NCBI GenBank assembly: GCA_044892505.1
Contig: CM097882.1
Span: 120,590,001 to 120,654,000 of the forward strand
Length of the DNA: 64,000 bases
Reading direction: 5' to 3'
Source: Schmidtea nova
Taxonomy: Eukaryota
The position numbers and the translations under genes are program-made. Under the pieces are notes generated by a model. It was not told the DNA's origin. It did no database searches and saw only the letters and a list, made by a program, of their open reading frames with translations. Shown piece after piece: positions 1 to 12,200 of the stretch. How positions within the stretch are numbered: position 1 is the stretch's first letter; every line of letters begins with the position of its first letter.

Positions 1-211
1 GGCAACAAAGTCGATAAACCAGTACTACAAATATAATGGAACACCATATTTTTTTTTGGTTTTATTTTATAACCCCTTTGCTCAAATTACATTTGGGTAA
101 TATAAATTAGGGGTATTTATTCATATAAATTATCTTATAAATAAAAAAAATTATTGCAAATAAACCTTTGAGGTAAAAAAATAAATGAGTGGCTCACTAA
201 ATTTAATTCAA

Positions 212-1084
212 TCACAAAAATGAGTCAAGTGTGACCTGTCTTTTGTTTTTGTAACATTTCACTTCTACAAAATCAGCACAGATTGTTAGTGCGCCCGTAG
301 GGCTCCCTTCATTTCCTTCCTGTATAAAATAACGCTGTAACGCGACCATATATTTTTTAGCCTCCTGGTTAGTCACAGGAATAGGTGATTCCTCGTCATC
401 CTCGCCATCGGTGTCTAGTTTTTTATTTTTTGATTTAATACTTTCTACAATTGAATCCACACAGTCTTCATTGTCGTCGTAACATTGTAAATTGTTTTCT
501 ATTGTTGAAAACTCTTCGTAGTTAATAAAAGGGACTTGCTGCATGTCCTCATTTTCTTCAATGCTTGAAATTTCGGCAACATCTAAGAATCGAAAGCCAC
601 AATTTTCAAAACAGTTTCGTATTGTGGCGGGTTTTATAGCTCGCCAACTGTCGGTCACAAACTGTAAAGCTTGCAAAAGTGAAATTTTTGAACTTATCTC
701 TCTGGCTGTTGCTGAACTTGTCAATAAATTTTCATCAATGGATTCTAATATGTAGTTAACCAATTTTCCGCGATACAAAGTCTTAAAATTTTATTATTAA
801 GAAGATGTGGTATTAGGCGGAAGAAATTCTAGCTGAATGTTTTTTAGATTGTCTAAACGAGGGTGTGCCGCACAATTATCAACAAGTAGCAAGATTTTTC
901 TTTGTTCTAGTTGCAAATTTCGATCCCAACTAGCAAGCCAATTTCGAAAAATTTCGGAAGTCATCCAGGCATTTTTGTTTGCATAATAATCCACTGACAA
1001 GCCCTCCATTCTTAACCCCTTAAAGCATCGAGGTCTAGCACTTTTTCCTATGATTAATAGCTTTCGTTTATCAGTACCTGACAT
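212..1084 (-). pseudogene. Tigger/pogo (DDE_1, CENP-B-like) transposase fragments
   Basis: ORF 797-1084 has [27 protein letters not shown] and FLPPNTTS; ORF 212-778 continues with the typical C-terminus (ISLLQALQFVTDSWRAIKPATIRNCF...QVTLDSF). N-terminal half absent. Repeated GTCCCAATTAA subterminal-type motifs at ~1180-1275. Confidence 0.85.
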
Positions 1085-4000
1085 ATTTGTACAGCATAAT
1101 ACAGTAATGCGGTCGAGCGCCTTTTTATACCCAGAAAGAGCAACGTGTTTATAACATATAAATTTACATTATAAATTTACTGTCCCAATTAAGCAAAATG
1201 TTGTCCCAATTAAAGATATAATTTTACTATTGTTTATAGGGTTTGGTTTCGGGTCTTTGAGATTTGTCCCAAATAAGCGGCTGCCCCNNNNNNNNNNNNN
1301 NNNNNNNNNNNNNNNNNNNNNNNNNNNNNNNNNNNNNNNNNNNNNNNNNNNNNNNNNNNNNNNNNNNNNNNNNNNNNNNNNNNNNNNNNNNNNNNNNNNN
1401 NNNNNNNNNNNNNNNNNNNNNNNNNCATTATTAATAATTAATTTTTAAATATTGATTTAATAAAATTTAAAAGAAATCAATAATAATTAAATATGAATAA
1501 CGAAATGGAATTCGTGTTATATAAAAAAAAATATTTAACTACACACAAATGTCTAAGTTGTCTTAGAAAAAATTTAAACCAAAGATCCAGCGATTAGAAT
1601 AAATTATTAAGGGCTATAAACTACAACAAAAAAAAATAAATAAATTTTGTAGTGCCTCCGTTATTTATAGGTTATTATATTATTTAATTAAATATCATAT
1701 TATTTATATATTAAAATCAATTATCAATTTATTTATATAAAAAAATCAATTTGTTTAAATCACAAAAAAATGGCACTTTATGCCTTTTTCAAAAAACAAC
1801 AAGCAAGAAGCAATTTACAAAAAATGGAAACTGCACAAATTAAAACCCAACGCAAACCACAAAGTTACCAATCGAATGTTGCAATTAAAAAGAACTCAAA
1901 TCGTACGAAAGAATTCAGTGAGCACAAGAGGCGAATGAGACAATCAATCACCCCAGTTATTACTACAAGCACAAAGATAGATATTTCTACCATTGATATT
2001 CCAGAGCGCATTAAAGACAGTTATTTCATGAAGCATAAGAAGATTAATTCAACGGTGAAAGCTGATGATATATCTGCAGCTAAGAAAGAACAATTTGTTT
2101 TATTGAATGTATTTTTTTTCGTCTTATTAATTGTTTTTGCAGCTACTAAAAATTTATTTAACACATTATATCCAAAAATTATTTTACGAAATTCATTTAT
2201 AAAAGTTCTTATAAAAAGTTTCACTCGATACTTCGATTTGTACATCCAAAAACTAGGATGCTGGCACTTTAACAGCTTATAAAAAATATTGTGATACCTC
2301 ACATTTCATTAAATACAAGGCGAATTAACTTTAAAATACACTGATTTTAGCATTTCCATTGATATATTTACAAAATAATATCAGGAATAACACAAAATAT
2401 AAACTGAATCACTCCTCTACAATAAATACAATATCAATTTATGGATATAATATAAAAATAGTTGCTTTTTATAAAAATTAAATGTAAAAAAATAATAATA
2501 ATTAGCTTAATAAATGTCAAATCTCACCTGGAAATTAATTACAATAGCAAAATAATGAGACAAAGTTAATTTTATCCACAATAAAAATGCATTTAAACTC
2601 TTAAATTGATGAAGTGTTTAATTTGAGCGTGTTGTCTTCCAAACGTTATCAAATATAAAATGTATGAAGTCAGAATAACTAACAATAAAACTAACGAAAA
2701 TTATTTATTTTCACATTTCAGTTTTTGGTTTAGAGTTCCATTCCATTAATAGATTTTTATTTAAATATTTGCACGGCCCGGATCGTTGTGGGGGTCTGTG
2801 CTTGGCTTCTCTTGTCGAGTTTTGTTGGGCGTTTCCTTGGCGGCTGAGGATTTTGGGTGAACACAGAATCGTCAATTAAAACAAAGGATTTACAATTGAC
2901 TTTTCCTTCGGGAGTGGTGTGATGTTTGGTCTTGGGTACCTGTCGAGTAGGTTAGGAAAAGGGCAATTATAACAAAATATCTACAACAAAAAATAATTAA
3001 ACCATAGGTGCTGAGATTTGGAAAATGAGAATCAATAAGCGCGAGAGTATTTGTTTTTTCTGAACAGAAATCGAATTTTATATAAATCGAGTTGGGTGCT
3101 GGCTCGGTTGGCAATCGATCGGTGCACAAGCACCGGTAAGCATTGGCAGATAGTGTCTGTTGCAGCTTTAGAGGGCTTTTCAATTCTTTTCAACGATAAT
3201 TTCTTAATAAAAGATATTGAGAAAATGCGAAGTGAAGAATGCCACAGAATCTGAAATTTTTATTTAAATCAAATCGATTGAAAAAAAGGTGCATAAAATT
3301 ACCTAACTAAATCGAATGAATTCTATTTTCTGTTTGTAGTGTGGAGTGGAGTGGATCAAAAATAAGCAGTGTGTTGTCAAGTTGGTGTGTTGTGTTGTGT
3401 TGTTCGTCCATAGCTTAATATCTGGAGCCATATTCATCAACAGCAATCACATACTTGAAAAATTGTATTTGATGCTTCTTTACTTGTAATTATTTCTATC
3501 TTGTTGGCATGCTTTTGTATCAGGAAATGTTAGCACACAAATTAGGTAGGTTTTGGGTTTCCTGATTTGGTTAATCGTGTCAGTGTGTGCTCATCTTTTC
3601 TTGTTGTCTGTGCATCTATTTTTGCACTATCGGGTGTATGTGCGCGTTGTGTGAGCGAGTGTGTGTGCCATTCTGCTGAATAGTAGGGATTGAAATCTTG
3701 GGTTCGCTATCTGTCTAGATAGTGGCGCTCATCAGGTGCCACGGTGGGGCTCTCTTTGAAAGGAAAAGTGGATCGATTTGGAAAATCTAGTTACCTAGAC
3801 ATCTGTCGGGATAACTGTGATTTTGTTAAATAATCGCCATGCCACTGCGGGGAGATAAAGTAAAAAAATTAATATTGAAGGCACTTAAGTGCTACGAAAT
3901 AAAATTATTAGGCACATAAATTCCACAGAATGTAACAAAGTTTTTAAATCAAAACAAAAACTTTTTAATTAAAGTTGTTATCATCATAATTTTCATTACT

Positions 4001-4382
4001 AATTATCATTATCTANNNNNNNNNNNNNNNNNNNNNNNNNNNNNNNNNNNNNNNNNNNNNNNNNNNNNNNNNNNNNNNNNNNNNNNNNNNNNNNNNNNNN
4101 NNNNNNNNNNNNNNNNNNNNNNNNNNNNNNNNNNNNNNNNNNNNNNNNNNNNNNNNNNNNNNNTTTTTACTATCAAATAGCAATAAGATAATGTGTTGAA
4201 ATAGCTAAGTGAGTGAATAAAATTAAGAAGTGATTCAGAAGGACAAAAACTCAGTATTAGGTTTTTTTTTCAGAATTTTGCTTAAAATATTACTGTGGGC
4301 CTGTTGTATCAAGTACAACGGGCTTTTTTTCTAGTAACAAATATTATTATCAAATTATTTTTATCATTATCATTATTATTAC

Positions 4383-4414
<32 letters not shown>

Positions 4415-4419
<5 letters not shown>

Positions 4420-5400
4420 AAATAAATAAAATTACCTGGGGGAAAATCGTCATGACGAATGAGACAGTTAATGGGAACTCAGAAAAGAAAACGGAATAAA
4501 AGAAATAAGAAAGAAAAATCAGACAAAAGAAATCAGACAAGAAAACAAAAACAAAGGTCAGCACTAATTAATTAGTACAAAAGGAAAAGGAATTTCAGAA
4601 TCGGGAAAAACAGAAATAACAACGACAACAGTATACTTATCTCGACAGCTTGTCAGAGATAACGAAAACGAAAAAGAAAACAGGCCGGAGTGGCAAATAG
4701 AAAAAACAAAGTAGCCGAGTGCCGAGTTGCCAAAGGCAGCATGGAAGTTCTAAAAAAGTATGGGAAATGCCAGAAGCAGAAATGAAAAAAAGCAAGTGGT
4801 CACGAGTGCCGAACTGTCAGGCGCAACATGGGAGTTGCGAAGAAAAAAATGGAAAATACCAAAGACGAGAGTGGCAAAGGCGAAATGCCATGAGTAACGG
4901 ACGATGACAAACTTTAAAAGGCGAAAGCAATCGGAACTGAATCAGAAATAAAGTCGGAGAAGAAAAATTGAAGAAGCAAAGTGGAAGTGAAGTTGCCGAA
5001 GAAAATAGAGAATTCAGGTTGTAATTGAGAAGAAAAAACCGAGATCGAAATAATTTAATTGAACAGAAAAAAACATTTTGATTGAATAAAGAGTAAGAGC
5101 GGTTAACAAAGAATAAAGTCAGAGCGCGGAAACGATCGAAATCAATCAGTGGTTAGTAGTTGTTGTTTCTAGACATTATACAATTGAGCTATTCTTCACG
5201 GAGTGTCGTAATAAGCTTGTATAATTGTCGAAAGAGGTATTGAAGTGAGCGTAATATTTTGAATCGCGTAAAGCATTGTAATAATCAAATAAAGTTTGTG
5301 TTATTGAAAGTGTTATTGTGAGTCAATTACAGGAACGCTTTGGAGTCAGATATTTTATTGGTAACATTTACCATTTCATCAACAACCCCAGAACCCAACA
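4415..5400 (+). mobile_element. solo LTR, family L1 (copy 1 of 3)
   Basis: Alignable by eye to the reverse complements of 54900-56043 and 60722-61749 (AAAATTACCTGGGGGAAAA...GGAGTCAGATA...CCAACA). Ends in CCAACA; left end abuts an (ATT)n tract. Confidence 0.75.
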
Positions 5401-5811
5401 TATATAATTTTTCCAATTCCTTCTATAGAATTAATAAAAAATATCTCTATATAGAATTTTAAAAAATGTAGCATTCCGATAAATAATTATTTACAAAAAA
5501 GTACTAAATAAAGTAACTAACACCAAGTTAAGGACAGGAAACGCAATCGTGAACCATGAATCATTTATAATCTATATATAATTCTTTTCGTGAGTCTACG
5601 TAGACGTATTCAGCATTTGCAATGAGAGAGATCTTGACATTATCCTACGGGTTCAGATTAATATTAGAGTAATATTATCAGTTGAATTGAAAACTCACAT
5701 CCTAGTTGTCATGGATCACCCTGCCCCTTCCTTACTTCTGAATTTAATATTGATGCATTTTCATTGAAATCATGTTTTGTTCTGACAATTATTTTATTAG
5801 TTTTATTTCAG

Positions 5812-5903
5812 GCTGAATTCAGTGAGGTAAGTTTGGTCTCCTACAGTGAACATGGATGCACAGTCGACGTCCAGGTTGATAAAAGCGGGACAAAATCCAT
5901 GAG
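5812..5903 (+). CDS. SYN: synapsin exon
   Basis: ttttatttcag|[30 protein letters not shown](R)|gttgtc. Confidence 0.9.
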
Positions 5904-7048
5904 GTTGTCCAATTGATAATTTATTGAAAGGTTAATATTTCCGGTCTATAGGTCGTTCAAGCCGGATTTTTTGGTTGTTAGGCAGTCAACTTGTGATGCC
6001 AATGAAAATTGGAAGAATTTCTTGATGGGATTTTTGTATGGGGGAGTTCCTTCGTTGAATTCATTGCACGCATTGTTTAATATGCATGACCGGCCATGGA
6101 TGGTGAGTGTAAATTTAATTTCATATTGCCATATACGAATACATAATACCGAACTGCGGCTAACAAGACACCTCGGTTACCTCACAACCACTAACAGAAC
6201 TAAAATATATGAGATATTCACTATAATACATCAATCCTGGATGCGTTACAATAGGATATTGCTTCGACCATGATTTGATTTGCAGAAATCCTGTGGGCAT
6301 TTGTAATTAACGGATGAGCAACCGATATTCTGTAAGATTTCTAACTTTAAATTATACATGTATCACACCTTGCTTCAAATTTTCAAAATTACGAAACGGA
6401 TAATTTTATGCAAATGACAAAAATCTAGGAAAGTTTTGCGTGGGTCATCAGTTCCCAATTAAAGAATTGTTTCACTCTTGCTGATATCTTCAGACTTAGG
6501 TCCTTTGCTATATTCATGTTTCTTGATTTACCTAGTAAAAAGATCATTTGGTAAAGATGCTATACCAATAATTAGGGCATAACTGAAATTGAAATGTCCG
6601 TACAGGACGTGAATAAATGCAGGTCGAAGATTTTACAATGGTTGATTGGGATCATTCTGGCTCATTGAATTTCCGCAGCTATTCGTAATATATTCTTGGC
6701 AATATTTATTATTTCATCCGTCGATTTATTATGATTTTCAATTTTAATTTTTGTTTTTTTAACAGTACGCTCATCTCGAGCTCGTTCGCAATCGCCTGGG
6801 CAGAGAAAACTTTCCTCTAATTGAGCAGGCTTACTATCCAAGCCATAAAGAAATGGTAAGTGAATGAATAATAATAACGTTGATTATATGTAAATGTAGT
6901 CATGGTATCCATTTTGTATCTTCCATTAATATGCACATCTATTCAAGTGATTTATAGAGATTTTAGTAGAATTTTGCAGGTTATGCTACCAGCAGAGGCT
7001 GATAGCACTGGGATTGAATTACTCAAATTTTTCTAGTCATAAATATGC

Positions 7049-7081
<33 letters not shown>

Positions 7082-9165
7082 AGTGAACGCATTCTAATTT
7101 TCTTTTGACTGATTTGTCAGTCCTAATAATTTTGGGTGTTTATACCATTTTGATTTTTGATTTTTGACCCCTTCCAAGTAGGCCCGTTGTGGTGTGTTTG
7201 AATTTTTTTAGTTATTTTGTAAAATTTATTACATAATTAAGAAATTCTGAAATTTTAAATTAAAGTAATCGTTAAAAATAATTTCTAAATTTAACAAAAA
7301 AAATAACTATAGAAATTACTAAGAAATAAAATTATAAATAACGATTTTTAATTTGGGATTCGTATAATTAGATTACTATGAATTTTATGAATGATAAGAA
7401 GACTATTACATGAGTACAATATTTTTGCGTCATCGAACTTGTTGATTAAATAAAATTTGTTAAATTAATTCTGTGTTATTTTGTTATTTATTTTTTGTAA
7501 AAATATATTATATAAAATATATACGCACGCACACACTTTTAACAAATAGCATTCACCCCAGCTGTCCCAAAACATGATTTTTACCGGAGTCTCTTCTGGG
7601 CTCTTCAATCTTCCTCATCAACACACACTTACTTACATTCATCACCAGTTATAACCCCAAACAAATATTACCTATCAACAACAAATTACATAGAAATTTA
7701 CACAACTATTACAATTACTATTAATAGCATTACTCTCTGTTGNNNNNNNNNNNNNNNNNNNNNNNNNNNNNNNNNNNNNNNNNNNNNNNNNNNNNNNNNN
7801 NNNNNNNNNNNNNNNNNNNNNNNNNNNNNNNNNNNNNNNNNNNNNNNNNNNNNNNNNNNNNNNNNNNNNNNNNNNNNNNNNNTCAGTCTTTCAAAATTAT
7901 GCTATCGATACACTGAACAGCAGAAAACCATTTATAAATTATGTTAATTTAAAATTATTTCAGATGTATAACATTCAAATACAATGTGCCTCCGATAATA
8001 AATATTTAAATATTTAGTATTTATTTATTTATTAAAATAAAATAACTTGTTTTAATAACAAGTTATTTTGAAGAAGGCAGTTTTTCAAATTTGTATTAAA
8101 TAAATCTTTCCAATTCTTATTTTATTTTGTAGATAGATTTTATACAATCGCTACAATTGGTGTCAGAAACGACAAAGCAATCCAAGCACCACGCACTCCA
8201 AGCACTGAACTACAAGCACTCAAAGCATCACGCACTCCAAGCACCACGCACTCCAAGCACTGAACTACAAGCACTCAAAGCATCACGCACTCCAAGCACT
8301 GAACTACAATCACTCAAAGCACCAAGCAATCCAAGCACCACGCACTCCAAGCACTGAACACCAATCACTCAAAGCACCAATCACTCAAAGTTCCACGCAA
8401 TCCAATTCATTAAAGCACCACGCACTCCAAGCACTCAAAGCACCACGCACTCCAATCATTAAACCACCAAACACTCAAATCATCACGCACTCCATTCATC
8501 AAAGCACCAAGCACTCTAATCACTCAAAGCATCACGCACTCCAATCATCAAAGCACCAAGAACTCTTATCACTCAAATCTCCACGCACTCCAATCCCTCA
8601 AAGCACTCAGAACTCAAAGCACCAAGCACTCAAATCATCACGCACTCCAATCATCAAAGCACCAAGCACTCTAATCACTCAAAGCATCACGCACTCCAAT
8701 CATCAAAGCACCAAGCACTCTAATCACTCAAAGCATCACGCACTCCAATCATCAAAGCACCAAGAACTCTAATCACTCAAATCTCCACGCACTCCAATCC
8801 CTCAAAGCACTCAGAACTCAAAGCACCAAGCACTCAAAGCACCACGCACTCCAATCATCAAAGCTCCAATCACTCAAAGCTCCACGCACTCCAATCACTC
8901 AAAGCACTCAGCACTCCACCACTGCAATGGCTCTATATACGCTCCGCGCACTTCGGCGGGGGGCCATTGTAGTGCCTCCGATAATAAATATTTAAATATT
9001 TAGTATTTATTTATTTATTAAAATAAAATAACTTGTTTTAATAACAAGTTATTTTGAAGAAGGCAGTTTTTCAAATTTGTATTAAATAAATCTTTCCAAT
9101 TCTTATTTTATTTTGTAGATAGATTTTATACAATCGCTACACTGTTATTATTATCATTATTATTA

Positions 9166-9204
<39 letters not shown>

Positions 9205-12200
9205 ATTATTATTATTATTACTATTATTATTATTATCCCAGCAAGTAAAATCAGTCTTTCAAAATTATGCTATCGATACACTGAACAGCAGAAAACCATT
9301 TATAAATTATGTTAATTTAAAATTATTTCAGATGTATAACATTCAAATACAATGTTTTGAAAGGTTTTTGCATGAAAAAGGAACATTCAGTGCCACTTTT
9401 TCAGTGGTTCCTTTTTCAGTGGGTTCTAATCCATTCCAGTCAACACATGATACACTTGTTCAATGAGACAAACAAAGTTATCCTTTATGTGTTTAATCAG
9501 ACGATAAATGTTACTCGTCAAACGTACCCCAATCAAAGAGCTGTTCTATACTATTGTGAAAAAATACAAGCATTATTAGAGAACAAAGACCAATCTCAGA
9601 TTTTATCTTTCCGGTAACTACGATCGAAATCGAATTTAAAAATTGTGTTAATCAAAATTAAATATTATCGGCGAGCCAGATACTCTAATCTTTGGCAATT
9701 AACCTTGGTTGAGGACAGATTTGTTCGAGTATCATATACTGATATAGACAGTTATCCACATAAATTAAATCAATCAATTCGAATCACAACCACTCACATC
9801 AAGGTGGCGAATCCAAGTAATAAAACTATATAATCCTCATCTACGGAAAATGAAATTTTGTGTGTAACTTTGTTAATAACAATTATCATCATAACAATAT
9901 TTATCATCATTCTCATATCTCTTATCATCTACAAAATTCGAATAACTGATAGATAGCCTACGAATAAATCCGAGACTCAAATACCTTGGATCGATTATGA
10001 GGAGACGTTTGTATAGTGAGATACAATTATTTTGCATGCAATTATAGTATATTAATAGTGTAGCATCTCATGACATTTTCTTTTATCAAGTTTCATATTA
10101 ATCTACACTCTTCGAAATGGGAAAATGTGTAAATTGATTTGATTGGCTAATACTAAGAAAGTGAGTTGTAGAAAAAGAGTCTATAAAATTAAAATGTGGG
10201 TATATAAGACAAATTTAAAAATCTTAAAACTTAAAACAAATTTTAAACTGAACAAATTTTAAAGAATTAAGAAAGTTTTAAATTAAACCGGTAATTTTAT
10301 ATTTTTTTATTTATACCGCTACCTACTTAAACATTATCCTATGGATACTCCATCTTAGTCCTAGCGTCAAAATTAAATTAAATCAAATTTAAATTATAAA
10401 CGTTTAGTAAAAATGGAATAGATACAATTGGCCAAGGAAACTTAAGACAGTTACATAAAGATGATGAGAAATCATGCCGACCAAAGGAAATTCCAGATGA
10501 CCAACAATTTACAAATCCCAAATTACCTAAGGGTGGATGATTGAAAAATGTGAATTCAATTGATCAACAACAACAGAAGATAAAAATTTCAAATAACAAA
10601 TGAATTAAAATTATCAAATGAGGAAGAATACTATGTCCATGTAATCAAAGGGACGGTAGAAATACTAGATGAAAATGGACAAATATGGTGGGAAATTTAA
10701 AAACTTACTTCATGTAAAATCAAGGAGCTATCAATCGGGAAAATACTGCGAGATGCAAACGAGGATGCCACAATTGTAGTGGAAGCAAGAACAAAAATCG
10801 AAAATCATGACGTACCCAGCAAGGAGCCAATACAGAAAGAAAGTCCTGAACTCCTACAAATAACAAAGGAAATGTTGAAGAGAAAATTATCGTTTATTAT
10901 GAAGGAAATGGATATAGAAGAAATCCGCAGTATGATATTATTCATTGATGCCGAATATGGGAGCACCGATACAGGAAAGATGATTCCCTTGACAGTGGCC
11001 ATCATGAATTATCATGAGAAAATTGTAAAAAAATGTCTTCTTGGCCACCATAGGAATACTCAAACATTTTAGCATAATCATCCATGGAATAACAGAGGTG
11101 GCCAGTCGAAATCAAAATGATCAGTATGAAGAAATGAAGGAGATCCAAAAACTTGCAATCGGGAAAATGCTAATAGGACATGACCTACATGCAGAGTTGC
11201 AATTCTTAGGAATATGGATCAACCATCTTTATGGCACCCGGGATCTGGCTACAGTTCAAGCCTTACAATTGAGAGGAGTAACAATAAGAGGAGAATGGTT
11301 CAAACTCAAAACCGTAATAAAGGAACTATATGGAGAAGAAATGCAAACGGGTATACATTCAGCTTTGGAGGATGCTAAAAGCATTCGAAAGATATATCTG
11401 GGACTCGAAAATCTTTGGATCGGGGATGTATCAATACCCAAGATAGGGCCATCGAGAAATATCCGTTACAAGAATATCAAGCTCTACAACATAGGGAATC
11501 GACATCCGAAATTCCCATCTCAGAAAGAAATTTAATAATCTCAGATGAGACAGACATGGAAGTGGAGGAAACTGATGCGATGGCGGAAATGATGAATCAA
11601 AAGTTAAAATGAGCAACGGAAACTAATTTGGAGAAAATGAAAGAGAATGTAGAAATTATTGAAGCCATTAAATCGGCGAGAATTCAATTATCGATGGAAT
11701 GTGGCCCAATGGAACGAAAGAAGAATCGCAAAAAGAAAGCTAAAACATCTAATATCGACTTTGGAGAAACACTGGCCATCAACGATGTAGTATATGAAAA
11801 AGAAGAAACGATTATCAGATATCAACATGGAGCAAAACGGCTGGAGATCAAAATGGACTAAAATTATATTAATTATATATGTGATTGTTGAGTAATTGTT
11901 AGGTAGAACTGTTGTGTTTTTAATAGAAATGTTAATTAGATGTTAGTTAGGAATGTTGTGTTTTTAATATAAATGTTATGTAACAGAAATATGTCAAGGC
12001 CCGAAAGAGTCTCCCAAAGAAAATGAATTGTGGGGACAATTGGGGTGCAGGTTATATGTCTATTGTATGCGTGTAATCACAATAAAATAACAACAATAAA
12101 ATAACAAAATTTGATTATGATATTATAAAAGTTTTATTGTTTAAACTTATTTAAATCCAAAACCAACAATTACAATACAATTACTTTATAATGACCTCAA

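Noticed and set aside
1770-2282. 170-aa ORF preceded by TGTAGTGCCTCCG (same 13 nt as the TRIM LTR start) at ~1648
   Set aside because: No recognisable domain, AT-rich low complexity, and no second LTR, PBS or TSD found.
2760-3850. Possible decayed minus-strand gag/protease (ALIDS motif, TGGCGA PBS-like site)
   Set aside because: The motifs are too short and degenerate to call without a profile search.
4430-4445. TTACCTGGGGG resembling the U1 snRNA 5' end
   Set aside because: The match is only 8 nt, the rest of U1 is absent, and the sequence is the start of the L1 solo LTR.
5800-6860. Minus-strand translation that looked like a Harbinger/ISL2EU transposase
   Set aside because: The region is explained by three plus-strand synapsin exons with correct splice sites.
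8157-8357. ORF with repeated HHALQA/TPSTELQ
   Set aside because: It is a translation of the minisatellite.
8180-8925. CRISPR-like array
   Set aside because: The context is eukaryotic, there are no unique spacers, and the repeats are contiguous variants.
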